Shown: positions 10,412 to 18,806 of the stretch, piece after piece | How the letters are laid out: each line of letters opens with the position of its first letter | Position numbering within the stretch: position 1 is the first letter of the stretch | IMG/VR virus record: IMGVR_UViG_3300017780_006957 | Coordinates: 1-64,000 of that record | Origin: a virus | Direction: 5' to 3' (one strand) | Length of the DNA: 64,000 nucleotides | Made by a program: the position numbers and the translations under genes | The notes under the pieces: generated by a model | Told to the model about the DNA's origin: nothing | The model's database searches: none | The model's input: the letters and a program-made list of their open reading frames with translations, nothing else

Positions 10412-13045
10412 TTAAACAACAATTTCTTTAATTGAAACTTGAGTTGTTAAAGTTTCATTTTCTTGAATATTTGTCTGTTGCGAAAAGATATTTGCCCCTG
10501 ATTTCATTGCAATTGTCGCCCCAATAGTATTTTGGGCATTTTTTAATATTAAGTTTAAATCTGATGGGAGTTTTGATCCAGAAAAATTTATAAACGATGT
10601 TAAATCGGTAGAAGAGATATCCATTTGTTTTTCTACTGTATCTAATATAAAATTGCTAGCATTTGTTTGGCCCAAATTGTAAATGGGTGATCTTCCGCAA
10701 TTAACGGAATATCTAATAGAATTTTGAATATTACTAACAAATCCCGTTGTCGAGGAAATTGAACAAGTGTTTCCATTAATCATTGTATTTGCAAATCCAG
10801 TTGTTAAATCAATAGAAGCGGTATCTGTTGGCACATTAAACGAATATGTATTTCCAATTCCAATAACTCCTAATGTTGGAATATATTCAGTAGAATAGGG
10901 TAACGGCTCTAATTGCGCTCCGTATGCATATATAGCATCACCAGATGATTCTATTTCAATTCCTATCAAGGGATCTATAGCAGCTGGAAATGAATACCTT
11001 ACCCATTCGCTACTTAATTCGGGATTAATATTTATCCAATTCGTTCCGCCATCAAGCGTATAATTAATATTTCCAGTGCCAAAATGTCTTTTTAAATAAA
11101 TAGAAAAAGTTTTTTGCAAATTTGAAATAAATCCGTAATTATAAATAAATCCAGCATTTTGAGTTGCGTATAACTGTATTTTATTAAATTTGAGAATATA
11201 AGATTTGTTTATGTTGGATAGCCCATAATTTATGTGACTATATCCATCATCCCCCCACTGTATTCCTACATTTGGATTTGGAATAAAAATTCCAGAAGCA
11301 GTAATTGTATTATATCTTATTTCTATATCTCCAGTATTAAAATATAATTGTATTTGATATGTTTGAGGCTGTGAGCCGCTAAGAGCATTTACTGCGCTGT
11401 ATTCAATGATGAATTTATCAGTTTCTTGTTTATACCAAATTTTCCCACCACTAGCAAACATATCTCTCCAATAAGCGGCAATAAATTTTTTGGTAGTAGA
11501 TGGAATAGGAAAGTCTTGGTTTTGATAATCAGCATATCCTTGATCAGCGGAATCAAAAGAAATTATTCCATTATTGCTTATAAATACTTTTGAATAAGCC
11601 GCGCCTCCCATTGTAAATGTTTTTCCAGAAATAAAAGCTATACCAGTTGATAAATCATTATTAGTTTGCAATGACGATAAAAAAGTACCATCACCAGTTA
11701 TACTGGACCATGAAAATGGTTGCTGATTGTCTATTGCAAAAACTGAAGCATCAGTAACTGTTTGGCCTTTGCCTGAAATTAATGTCGCTTTATAGCCGCC
11801 AGTAGGATCTAGCTGATTTCCTATTGGCTCCTCGCAATTCGTATATAGATAATTGATGCCAGTTAACGATTCACTGTATAATAACTCATTTGTAGATGCT
11901 GGGGTAGTTATTGTTACATATTGTTGATTACTTACATTTAATACTGGTGCATTATTAACTATATAGCTGGCACTCAAACCAACGGGTTTAAATGGCTCCA
12001 CACTAACATCGTAATTGCTTAAATAACAGCCACTATAAATATTATTACCAAATCTAATATTATAAAAATTGTCTCCCGAAGAATCTAAAATAGTATTTAA
12101 TGCTCCAGAGGTTTCAGTATTAACATAGGAATTAAAAGAAATCTTTGCCTGTAAAGCTGCGCCATTAGTAAACTGACGATTTTGATCTATATCAACGCCC
12201 AATAATCTTGATGCATCATTTTGCGCCTGATAATCAATAGTTATGTTTTGGGCTGGGATATAATTATATGCTTTACCAAATATTAATTTTGTATGCGGCG
12301 AAACATAACCAGTAATTCCATTGACTGCATCGGCGGACAAAACACCAGTTAATGAAGCAGATCCAGAAGTAGAATTTGGAGCATAATAATCATTGTTTTG
12401 AAACATATAATAAAAAGACGTTCCTGTTGGATCATTAATTGCATTTAAAATTCCACTAGCAGATACTCCCAGACCAGAACATATCACTCCTGTATAAGCA
12501 GATGTTCCATAATATTTCCAGCCAGAACTAAAACCAGTTCCTGATGCATAAAATATACTGCCAATTGGACCTGGCGAGTAGTTGTCATAATAATCCAAAC
12601 TATATGTATCGTTACTTCCTGACCATTTTAATATTATAGCAAATGGAGTGAGTCCAGTATTCATATAATCAATGGTGTTACTACCCGAATTATAACCAGA
12701 AAAATATAATTCAGGCAGTAGCGCCTCTGGAAAAGAATCTGGTTCGATAGTTCTGCTTCCATCCAAATTATAAAAAACCAAAGATCTAAATTGCGGCAAA
12801 AGTATTTGCGCGTCTGGCGCTGTGTAATTTATTTTCGGCGCAAAGAGTTGTTCATAGTTTGAAGCATTACCAGAAACCCGCGTAAAAGAGTTGTTTAAAT
12901 ACTGCACAGAAGTGTTTTGGGCAGTGGATTTATTTATCATGTATAATGAATTATCAATTCCATTTGGATCATAGATATTGGCGAAGGGTAAAGTATCTAA
13001 GCTGTCTTCTTTTCTGATATATACTGGGAGGTCGCTGTAGTTCAT
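10412..13045 (-). CDS. Virion protein, tail-tube-like core with inserted carbohydrate-binding-like and NIDO-like domains
   Basis: 877 aa; NIDO-like VFISNNGIISF...FIAAYWRDM...TYQIQL; spike-like NELLYSE...AYGAQLE...EYIPT; tube-like SIRYSVNCGRSPIYNLG. Confidence 0.45.
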   Translation of the reverse strand: MNYSDLPVYIRKEDSLDTLPFANIYDPNGIDNSLYMINKSTAQNTSVQYLNNSFTRVSGNASNYEQLFAPKINYTAPDAQILLPQFRSLVFYNLDGSRTIEPDSFPEALLPELYFSGYNSGSNTIDYMNTGLTPFAIILKWSGSNDTYSLDYYDNYSPGPIGSIFYASGTGFSSGWKYYGTSAYTGVICSGLGVSASGILNAINDPTGTSFYYMFQNNDYYAPNSTSGSASLTGVLSADAVNGITGYVSPHTKLIFGKAYNYIPAQNITIDYQAQNDASRLLGVDIDQNRQFTNGAALQAKISFNSYVNTETSGALNTILDSSGDNFYNIRFGNNIYSGCYLSNYDVSVEPFKPVGLSASYIVNNAPVLNVSNQQYVTITTPASTNELLYSESLTGINYLYTNCEEPIGNQLDPTGGYKATLISGKGQTVTDASVFAIDNQQPFSWSSITGDGTFLSSLQTNNDLSTGIAFISGKTFTMGGAAYSKVFISNNGIISFDSADQGYADYQNQDFPIPSTTKKFIAAYWRDMFASGGKIWYKQETDKFIIEYSAVNALSGSQPQTYQIQLYFNTGDIEIRYNTITASGIFIPNPNVGIQWGDDGYSHINYGLSNINKSYILKFNKIQLYATQNAGFIYNYGFISNLQKTFSIYLKRHFGTGNINYTLDGGTNWININPELSSEWVRYSFPAAIDPLIGIEIESSGDAIYAYGAQLEPLPYSTEYIPTLGVIGIGNTYSFNVPTDTASIDLTTGFANTMINGNTCSISSTTGFVSNIQNSIRYSVNCGRSPIYNLGQTNASNFILDTVEKQMDISSTDLTSFINFSGSKLPSDLNLILKNAQNTIGATIAMKSGANIFSQQTNIQENETLTTQVSIKEIVV

Positions 13046-13297
13046 TTTTTTTCCTTTTTCCTTTCATTGTTACACTTGTTTTTGTTTTTAGTTTTTTCCT
13101 TTTTCCAAAATACGGTCCCGTATTTTTTTTACTTTACGTTTAGAGCTTTTGTGAATGAGTGGATGAGAAAGTGAGGAAACTGTCCCCCCGCCGTTTCTGT
13201 TAGGTTAGACTAACAGAAGTTTTGAGTAATGGGGGGGGGTCAGTCTAACGGTCTGTTAGCCTAACGGTCTGTTAGCTCAGCATGGCCACGACATAGG

Positions 13298-13327
13298 AAA
13301 GCCCCGCCTTGTGAGGGCGGGGCTTTT
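13298..13327 (-). terminator. Intrinsic terminator
   Basis: AAAGCCCCGCC-TTGTGAG-GGCGGGGCTTT hairpin just downstream of the ORF ending at 13341. Confidence 0.75.
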
Positions 13328-13340
13328 CGGTTAGGTTAGA

Positions 13341-13583
13341 TTAGATGATGCCTTTGATATGAAGGGAGCGAAATTTTTCAATATCGCCGTCGTCGTGGTC
13401 TATCACATTGGCGACGAAATACCACTCGCCAGTCTTAACGGCACAAGCGATTTTGTCCACCGATACGATGGTAAAATTCCGATAGTCGTCGGTGTGGGGT
13501 AGAGCGGCGGCGGCGGCGGTTGCATAGCGGACGGATTGCCCGACGATACGGGTAACGATTGCGGTGGCTTCAATGATGGTCAT
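13341..13583 (-). CDS. Small hypothetical early protein
   Basis: MTIIEATAIV... downstream of a minus-strand TTGTGG...CATTCT promoter of the array type; ends at a terminator. Confidence 0.6.
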   Translation of the reverse strand: MTIIEATAIVTRIVGQSVRYATAAAAALPHTDDYRNFTIVSVDKIACAVKTGEWYFVANVIDHDDGDIEKFRSLHIKGII

Positions 13584-13756
13584 TTCAGGTATTCTGGTTT
13601 GGACTAGGGGCGGGGGCCTTGTGCCTCCCGACAAGGAAAGAATGCCATAGGACGGACCTTGCCACAAGCTTTCTTTTGTTCTTTTCAAAAGATTTTTTTC
13701 TGAAAAAAAAGGTTGACGACCTCCCGCGAGATCGGTCTAACGGAAATGTAGAGTGG

Positions 13757-13835
13757 CTATACTATAGCAAAGCTATACTATACTATACCATACTATACTA
13801 ACGGATGGTTAGAAGCTATACTATAGCTATACTAA
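13757..13835. repeat. Degenerate CTATA pentamer tandem repeat
   Basis: ctatactatagcaaagctatactatactataccatactatactaac...gctatactatagctatactaac. Confidence 0.75.
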
Positions 13836-13837
13836 CA

Positions 13838-13869
13838 AAATCTAACAGAACGCCCCTTCTGTTAGATTT
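13838..13869. repeat. 32-bp palindrome, copy 1
   Basis: AAATCTAACAG-AACGCCCCTT-CTGTTAGATTT. Confidence 0.9.
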
Positions 13870-13954
13870 CTGTCACTAATCTGTCACTAAGTTCTGCTAG
13901 ACCATTGTCAAGCTTTTTCTCAAAAGAAAGTTTTTTAATTGAACGAAATAGTTC

Positions 13955-13989
13955 TTGTGGTGGGTCCGTTCTTGTCCTATGATTTGGCC
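13955..13989 (+). promoter_or_regulatory. Sigma70-type leaderless promoter
   Basis: TTGTGG-17bp-TATGAT-6bp-ATG with an upstream A/T tract. Confidence 0.75.
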
Positions 13990-14259
13990 ATGTCCACGAC
14001 ATCCACCACCCGCCTAGTCCAAGTCCAATTCAACGTTGAAATTGGAGAAATTGAAAAAGAGTTGACCTTTGAATTCGAATACACGCCAAGTTGCAAAGGC
14101 TCACGCGACTTTTACGGTCAACAAAATGAGCCTGATACTAATGACGAAATGGAATTCGTCGCCGCCTATGACGAGGACGGCGAGGAGGTCGAAATCGCTT
14201 GCAAGCAAGAAATCGAATGCGCTTGTCAACTTGCATGGCAAGAGGTAGCAAACGACTAA
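13990..14259 (+). CDS. Small acidic early protein (paralog of 17101-17367)
   Basis: EYTPSCKGSRDFYGQQNEPD...DEDGEEVEI; start defined by the leaderless promoter. Confidence 0.8.
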   Translation: MSTTSTTRLVQVQFNVEIGEIEKELTFEFEYTPSCKGSRDFYGQQNEPDTNDEMEFVAAYDEDGEEVEIACKQEIECACQLAWQEVAND

Positions 14260-14298
14260 TCCAACCGCCCCCCGCAAGGGGGGCAAACCCTTTGCCCC

Positions 14299-14406
14299 AT
14301 GAAAATACTAACCGAAATCACATTCTGCGCGTTCCTTGGCCTCGCGCTTGTCACCGCCCCGCTTGCGTTGCGAGCGGTCCTCAAGCTGATAGAATCTATC
14401 AACTAA
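14299..14406 (+). CDS. 35-aa hydrophobic peptide
   Basis: MKILTEITFCAFLGLALVTAPLALRAVLKLIESIN, ending just before a terminator. Confidence 0.5.
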   Translation: MKILTEITFCAFLGLALVTAPLALRAVLKLIESIN

Positions 14407-14419
14407 CTCTAATCTAGCA

Positions 14420-14446
14420 GCCCACCCGAAAGGGTGGGTTTCTTTT
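14420..14446 (+). terminator. Intrinsic terminator (array family)
   Basis: GCCCACCC-GAAA-GGGTGGGT followed by TTCTTTT. Confidence 0.85.
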
Positions 14447-14473
14447 CTGCTAGAATCTAACCGTTAGTGACGA

Positions 14474-14505
14474 AAATCTAACAGAACGCGGCTTCTGTTA
14501 GATTT
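14474..14505. repeat. 32-bp palindrome, copy 2
   Basis: AAATCTAACAG-AACGCGGCTT-CTGTTAGATTT. Confidence 0.9.
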
Positions 14506-14712
14506 CTGTTAGAGTCTAACTATTAGGCCGTTACAAAATCACAGCCTAATCTAACTATTAGACCGTTAGAAAATCACAGCCTAACTCCCCATTCTGTTAC
14601 TTTTCTGCTAGGTAAATCTGCTAGGCTGTTGTCAAGCTTTTTCTTAAAAAAAGTTTTCAAATTAAGCGAAAAAGATCTTGCGGCGGGTCCGTTTCTCACC
14701 TATTCTTTGGCC

Positions 14713-14847
14713 ATGTCCAACACCGCCCAACTCCTAGAACAAGCCACCTGTTACTGCATTTATTTCGTGACCTTTATCGTCTGCCCCGTCATCGCGGGGT
14801 ATGCCCTAACAACTCTTTACTTCATCTTCAAAGACTTTCCCAACTAA
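14713..14847 (+). CDS. Small membrane protein, leaderless
   Basis: TTGCGG(14678)-17-TATTCT-6-ATG; hydrophobic, 44 aa. Confidence 0.65.
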   Translation: MSNTAQLLEQATCYCIYFVTFIVCPVIAGYALTTLYFIFKDFPN

Positions 14848-14848
14848 C

Positions 14849-14977
14849 ATGAAAACCCTCCTCTTCAACCTAACAAGAATCCTTTTCGCTACGGTAGCGT
14901 GTGCTACCTTCTGGGCCTTTGTCGCCTATGGTATCCACTCTGTCATTCAACCCTTCTTCCCATACTACCTACCATGA
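14849..14977 (+). CDS. Small membrane protein
   Basis: MKTLLFNLTRILFATVACATFWAFVAYGIHSVIQPFFPYYLP; ATGA overlap with the next ORF. Confidence 0.55.
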   Translation: MKTLLFNLTRILFATVACATFWAFVAYGIHSVIQPFFPYYLP

Positions 14978-15243
14978 CATCTAACGTCCAAGAGTTCCTT
15001 AAGAATCCAATTGATGCGCCACGCCACAAGGCTCGCGTCCTAGTCAATAGGGCAGTGAAAGATCTATCAGGTGGGGCTGTATGTCTCAGTGATCTAGCAG
15101 ATACGTTCAACCTGTGTGCTGGGTTGGATGAGTTGGAAGAGCTGATAGATGAGGCTGACGAGTTCACCCCCATGCAAGACCTGCTAGACGTAGCCCAAGA
15201 CATTGCGGCACAACTGCTAGAAGAAGAGGGCTTCCCCGCCTAA
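14974..15243 (+). CDS. Small acidic early protein
   Basis: MTSNVQEFL...LDELEELIDEADE...LLEEEGFPA; translationally coupled. Confidence 0.7.
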   Translation: MTSNVQEFLKNPIDAPRHKARVLVNRAVKDLSGGAVCLSDLADTFNLCAGLDELEELIDEADEFTPMQDLLDVAQDIAAQLLEEEGFPA

Positions 15244-15352
15244 CAGATCAAGCCCTGAGCATGGCGATAAAAGGCTCTAACTTTCTAACTGGTGGACATG
15301 GTAAGTCCTCGCCCCTGCGAGTGTAGGGCGGGGCAGTCTGCTAGAATCTAAC

Positions 15353-15384
15353 AAATCTAACAGGCCCCCTCTTCTGTTAGATTT
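15353..15384. repeat. 32-bp palindrome, copy 3
   Basis: AAATCTAACAG-GCCCCCTCTT-CTGTTAGATTT. Confidence 0.9.
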
Positions 15385-15518
15385 CTGTCACTAATCTGTC
15401 ACTAATCTGTCAGTAAATTCTGCTAGGAAAATGTCAAGCTTTTTCTCAAAAAAAAGTTTTCGAATCGCATGAAATAGTTCTTGCGGGTTTCTAGGTTTTC
15501 TGCCATTCTCTCCTTGCC

Positions 15519-15692
15519 ATGACACTACTTGCACCACTACTGATCCAACTCGAAATTGCCGAACGCGAAACCTCCGACCTCTGGCGCGAAACGCCTTGGG
15601 ACGAAAAAGGTTTTGAGTTGAATGAAAATTTGATTCGCTCCCTCAGAAATGCGATCATCGCAATCGACCCGACCGCCTACGAAATCCTCTGA
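15519..15692 (+). CDS. 57-aa early protein
   Basis: MTLLAPLLIQLEIAERETSDLWRETPWDEK...; between promoter TTGCGG(15481)-17-CATTCT and a terminator; absent from the supplied ORF track. Confidence 0.7.
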   Translation: MTLLAPLLIQLEIAERETSDLWRETPWDEKGFELNENLIRSLRNAIIAIDPTAYEIL

Positions 15693-15701
15693 ACCCTAAC
15701 A

Positions 15702-15729
15702 ACCCACCCGAAAGGGTGGGTTCCTTTTT
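15702..15729 (+). terminator. Intrinsic terminator (array family)
   Basis: ACCCACCC-GAAA-GGGTGGGT followed by TCCTTTTT. Confidence 0.85.
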
Positions 15730-15780
15730 GGTTAGAATCTAACAGAAAAAACTAGCAGCTTTTTAACAGTTTAGTGACGG

Positions 15781-15812
15781 AAATCTAACAGGCCCCCTTT
15801 TCTGTTAGATTC
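15781..15812. repeat. 32-bp palindrome, copy 4
   Basis: AAATCTAACAG-GCCCCCTTTT-CTGTTAGATTC. Confidence 0.9.
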
Positions 15813-15976
15813 TTGTTGGGATTCTGTTAGAGTCTAACTATTAGGTCATTAAAAAATCACAGCCTATTTAGGCATTAAAAAATTGCAGCCTGTCAAGTCT
15901 TTTCTCAAAAAAAAATAATCAAAGAAAACACAAAAAAGATCTTGTCGTGGGGTAAAATTTCACCTATTCTCCGAGT

Positions 15977-16129
15977 ATGAGCTTGCTCCCATTCCCAGCC
16001 GATTCCACTGAGTTCGAAGAATACGTTTCCGTCATGGAGGCTATGGCCGACGAGGCTATCGCGTCCACGCCCGATCCGCGCCCTGAAAATTTCTACTATG
16101 AAGATGGTCCTCGCTCCTACGCCCACTGA
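15977..16129 (+). CDS. 50-aa acidic early protein (paralog of 16588-16863)
   Basis: MSLLPFPADSTEFEEYVSVMEAMADEAIASTPDPRP...; promoter TTGTCG-17-TATTCT-6-ATG. Confidence 0.8.
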   Translation: MSLLPFPADSTEFEEYVSVMEAMADEAIASTPDPRPENFYYEDGPRSYAH

Positions 16130-16131
16130 TT

Positions 16132-16338
16132 ATGTATACCGTTGAATATTACCTTGTCGTTCCCCGCGCCGTGCGTGTCGGGGTTGCCATCCACTCCTCG
16201 CCCAAGGAGGCTTATCGTCTGGCTGTTTGCCGCGCCTACGATGCCTCTGCCGCCTCTGGCGGGTGTGAGAGTATCGGGGTGGAGGGCTACACCATGTGGC
16301 TTGATGGCAAAAAAATCCACTCCTTTTGCGACATTTAA
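16132..16338 (+). CDS. Small hypothetical early protein
   Basis: Starts 2 nt after the previous stop and ends at a terminator. Confidence 0.6.
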   Translation: MYTVEYYLVVPRAVRVGVAIHSSPKEAYRLAVCRAYDASAASGGCESIGVEGYTMWLDGKKIHSFCDI

Positions 16339-16345
16339 TCTTGAC

Positions 16346-16374
16346 AACCCGCTCGAAAGGGTGGGTTTCTTTTC
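16346..16374 (+). terminator. Intrinsic terminator (array family)
   Basis: ACCCGCTC-GAAA-GGGTGGGT plus a T tract. Confidence 0.8.
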
Positions 16375-16401
16375 GGTTAGAATCTAACAGAAAAGTAGTA
16401 G

Positions 16402-16433
16402 AAATCTAACAGAAGGCGTGTTCTGTTAGATTT
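16402..16433. repeat. 32-bp palindrome, copy 5
   Basis: AAATCTAACAG-AAGGCGTGTT-CTGTTAGATTT. Confidence 0.9.
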
Positions 16434-16587
16434 CCGTTAGAACCCAACTATTAGGCTGTTAGAAAATCACAGCCTATTTAGGTGTAGAAAAATTGCAGCC
16501 TGTCAAGCTTTTTCTTAAAAAAAAGTTTCAGAATAATGCAAAATAGTTCTTGTCATTGGTTCGTTTTTTAGTCATCCTCTGGTCGTT

Positions 16588-16863
16588 ATGAACCTCATTC
16601 CATTCCCTGCTGATTCCGCCGATTACGAAGAATACACCAGCGTTATGAACGCGATGGCTGACGAGGCCAATGCGTCCGCGCCCGATCCCGAGCCTGATGG
16701 CTGGTCGCCCGATGAAGAATCCGATGAGCTTCGCGCTCGTGAAGACGGTGACTACTACGCCAACCTCTACGAGCGCGAGGACGATTACGATGACGGTGAT
16801 CCCTACGGGTGCGACGATCAAATTTCTGAGTATGGCATGGAAGGGTGCTGCGGCGACTTCTGA
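16588..16863 (+). CDS. Very acidic early protein
   Basis: MNLIPFPADSADYEEYTSVMNAMADEA...EDDYDDGD; has its own promoter and terminator. Confidence 0.8.
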   Translation: MNLIPFPADSADYEEYTSVMNAMADEANASAPDPEPDGWSPDEESDELRAREDGDYYANLYEREDDYDDGDPYGCDDQISEYGMEGCCGDF

Positions 16864-16872
16864 ACCCTAACA

Positions 16873-16900
16873 GCCCACCCGAAAGGGTGGGTTCATTTTT
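16873..16900 (+). terminator. Intrinsic terminator (array family)
   Basis: GCCCACCC-GAAA-GGGTGGGT followed by TCATTTTT. Confidence 0.85.
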
Positions 16901-16927
16901 GGTTAGAATCTAACAGTTTAGTGACGA

Positions 16928-16959
16928 AAATCTAACGGAACGCCCCTTCCGTTAGATTT
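16928..16959. repeat. 32-bp palindrome, copy 6 (compensatory change in both arms)
   Basis: AAATCTAACGG-AACGCCCCTT-CCGTTAGATTT. Confidence 0.9.
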
Positions 16960-17100
16960 CTGTCACTAATCTGTCACTAAATTCTGCTAGAAAAATGTCA
17001 AGCTTTTTCTTGAAAAAAAGTTTTAGGAAAGACATAAAAAAAGCTTGTTGCTAGTCCGCTTCTGAACTATCTTCGGGCGTCTCCAAACCACCTAAAAAAA

Positions 17101-17367
17101 ATGAGCAAGCAAGTTGAAATATTCATGGATGTTGAAAAGCTGAATTCTGATGGCGATGTAATCGGATGTGACAGTATTCTTGTCGTTGGCGAATATTCGC
17201 CAGCGGAGAGAGGATCTTGTGATTACTACGGCCAAGCGATGGAACCCGACCTTCCCGATTCCATGGAAATCCTTTCTGCCACGACTGAGGATGGCGAGGA
17301 AATCGACCTTGGAAAATGCGAAGAAAGAGTCGCCTTAGAACTCCTATGGGAAGCGATTGCAGATTGA
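17101..17367 (+). CDS. Small acidic early protein (paralog of 13990-14259)
   Basis: EYSPAERGSCDYYGQAMEPD...TEDGEEIDL. Confidence 0.8.
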   Translation: MSKQVEIFMDVEKLNSDGDVIGCDSILVVGEYSPAERGSCDYYGQAMEPDLPDSMEILSATTEDGEEIDLGKCEERVALELLWEAIAD

Positions 17368-17375
17368 GCCTAACG

Positions 17376-17404
17376 GCCCGCCCTAACAAGGCGGGCTTCT
17401 TTTT
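17376..17404 (+). terminator. Intrinsic terminator
   Basis: GCCCGCC-CTAACAA-GGCGGGC followed by TTCTTTTT. Confidence 0.8.
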
Positions 17405-17431
17405 GGTTAGAATCTAACGGTTTAGTGACAG

Positions 17432-17463
17432 AAATCTAACAAAACGCCTCTTCTGTTAGATTT
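17432..17463. repeat. 32-bp palindrome, copy 7
   Basis: AAATCTAACAA-AACGCCTCTT-CTGTTAGATTT. Confidence 0.88.
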
Positions 17464-17631
17464 TCGTTAGATCTGTTACTTACTCAGTATTAAGGACTTA
17501 TCTATTTACAGCCTATTTAATTGCAGATGAATTGCAGCCTATTTGTCAAGAAAAAAATCACAGGACAGTAGAAATAAATATCCAAAAAAGATCTTGCAAG
17601 GGCCATTGTTCTCTGTCATTCTCTCCTCGCC

Positions 17632-17784
17632 ATGAAACTACTAAAGAAAATCTACTACTATCTCAACCCACTTCCTGCCCCCAAATACGGCGCATCAATC
17701 TTTGAACAAAAAAGCTGGTTGACAAAGCAAACCGAGGAGGCTATGTTTCGCCAAGCGAAAGCTCACATCTATCAAACACGCTAA
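17632..17784 (+). CDS. 50-aa basic early protein
   Basis: MKLLKKIYYYLNPLPAPKY...; promoter TTGCAA(17594)-17-CATTCT. Confidence 0.55.
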   Translation: MKLLKKIYYYLNPLPAPKYGASIFEQKSWLTKQTEEAMFRQAKAHIYQTR

Positions 17785-17794
17785 CTCTCCACAT

Positions 17795-17977
17795 ATGAAA
17801 ATATATAAAATTCCCTGCGTTTGGGAAGTCTATGGACACTTGGAAATCGAAGCTGAATCATTGGAAGGCGCGATTTCTATTGCTGAAGATGACGATACCA
17901 ACCTGCCCATTGAAAGCTCTTACATTGAAGGATCTTTTTGGGTTGATTGCGACGGCATTGACCTTGACGAAGAATAA
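17795..17977 (+). CDS. Small acidic hypothetical protein
   Basis: EIEAESLEGAISIA motif seen in many small phage early proteins. Confidence 0.7.
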   Translation: MKIYKIPCVWEVYGHLEIEAESLEGAISIAEDDDTNLPIESSYIEGSFWVDCDGIDLDEE

Positions 17978-18016
17978 AATTGACAAAGGGGGCGAAAGCC
18001 CCCACACTTTCCCCGT

Positions 18017-18337
18017 ATGAATACACTACCACCACCACCCGCCATTATCAAAGTGAACACAGACTTCTCCGCAGGATTGGATCTTCGTAATCCATTAGAA
18101 TCTGCCGCCTATCTTAAAGCAGCAAGCCACTTCCTCTCATCTTGGCCGCAAGATTGGTCTGCCGAACGCCTTTGCTTGGCAATGATTGACGAGGAATCTC
18201 CTGATAAAGATCTAGTCAAACCTTGGGAAGCTCTAACAAAAGACCTTCACCCAATGGATGACCCCTTGTTCTTTGTGGAAGAATTAATCAATGGCTTGGC
18301 CGAGGACTTTTTGATCTTTCTATCAGAAAACGCATGA
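18017..18337 (+). CDS. Hypothetical acidic protein
   Basis: 106 aa; preceded by TTGACA-17-CACACT. Confidence 0.7.
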   Translation: MNTLPPPPAIIKVNTDFSAGLDLRNPLESAAYLKAASHFLSSWPQDWSAERLCLAMIDEESPDKDLVKPWEALTKDLHPMDDPLFFVEELINGLAEDFLIFLSENA

Positions 18338-18507
18338 ACGCTCTCGAAAAACTTCAAGATGTAAAAGAGTATATCTCCACTCTAATTAACGGGAGCGAAG
18401 CCGAAGCTATTGATCTATTGGTCAACTATGGCGAAATGATGGAAGAAAATCTAGCAGAAGTAATAAAAGAATTATTCGATGAAACATCTAGTCCTAACAA
18501 TCCATAA
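18334..18507 (+). CDS. 57-aa acidic protein
   Basis: ATGA overlap with the previous ORF; MNALEKLQDVKEYIST... Confidence 0.6.
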   Translation: MNALEKLQDVKEYISTLINGSEAEAIDLLVNYGEMMEENLAEVIKELFDETSSPNNP

Positions 18508-18617
18508 AAATCATGTATCTTATCGCATGGGCAATCGTTGTGGCAGTCATTGTTTTTCTGGCGACCCGCCGCAGAAAGTAGTTGACTACCTAATCAAACT
18601 AATCAATCCTTCTTCAC

Positions 18618-18806
18618 ATGAAATCATTTGAACGCACCGCCGAATCTATCGAACTCGATCCTTGCTCAAGCTATTGGTTAAAAGAAAGAATTAAAGAACT
18701 CCGTGAGCGCGATCCTTTCGACGCTTTGCGCGACATTGAAACATTGAATTGGCTTTTTGAAATGAGAGCCGAAGAATTGAAACCTTCTTACATGAAAGGG
18801 CTTTAA
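18618..18806 (+). CDS. Hypothetical protein
   Basis: DPCSSYWLK...RDPFDALRDIETL; TAATG coupling to the next ORF. Confidence 0.7.
   Translation: MKSFERTAESIELDPCSSYWLKERIKELRERDPFDALRDIETLNWLFEMRAEELKPSYMKGL

Noticed and set aside
13195-13345. Telomere-like TTAGG repeats
   Set aside because: Only a few degenerate units, better explained as GTTAG half-sites.
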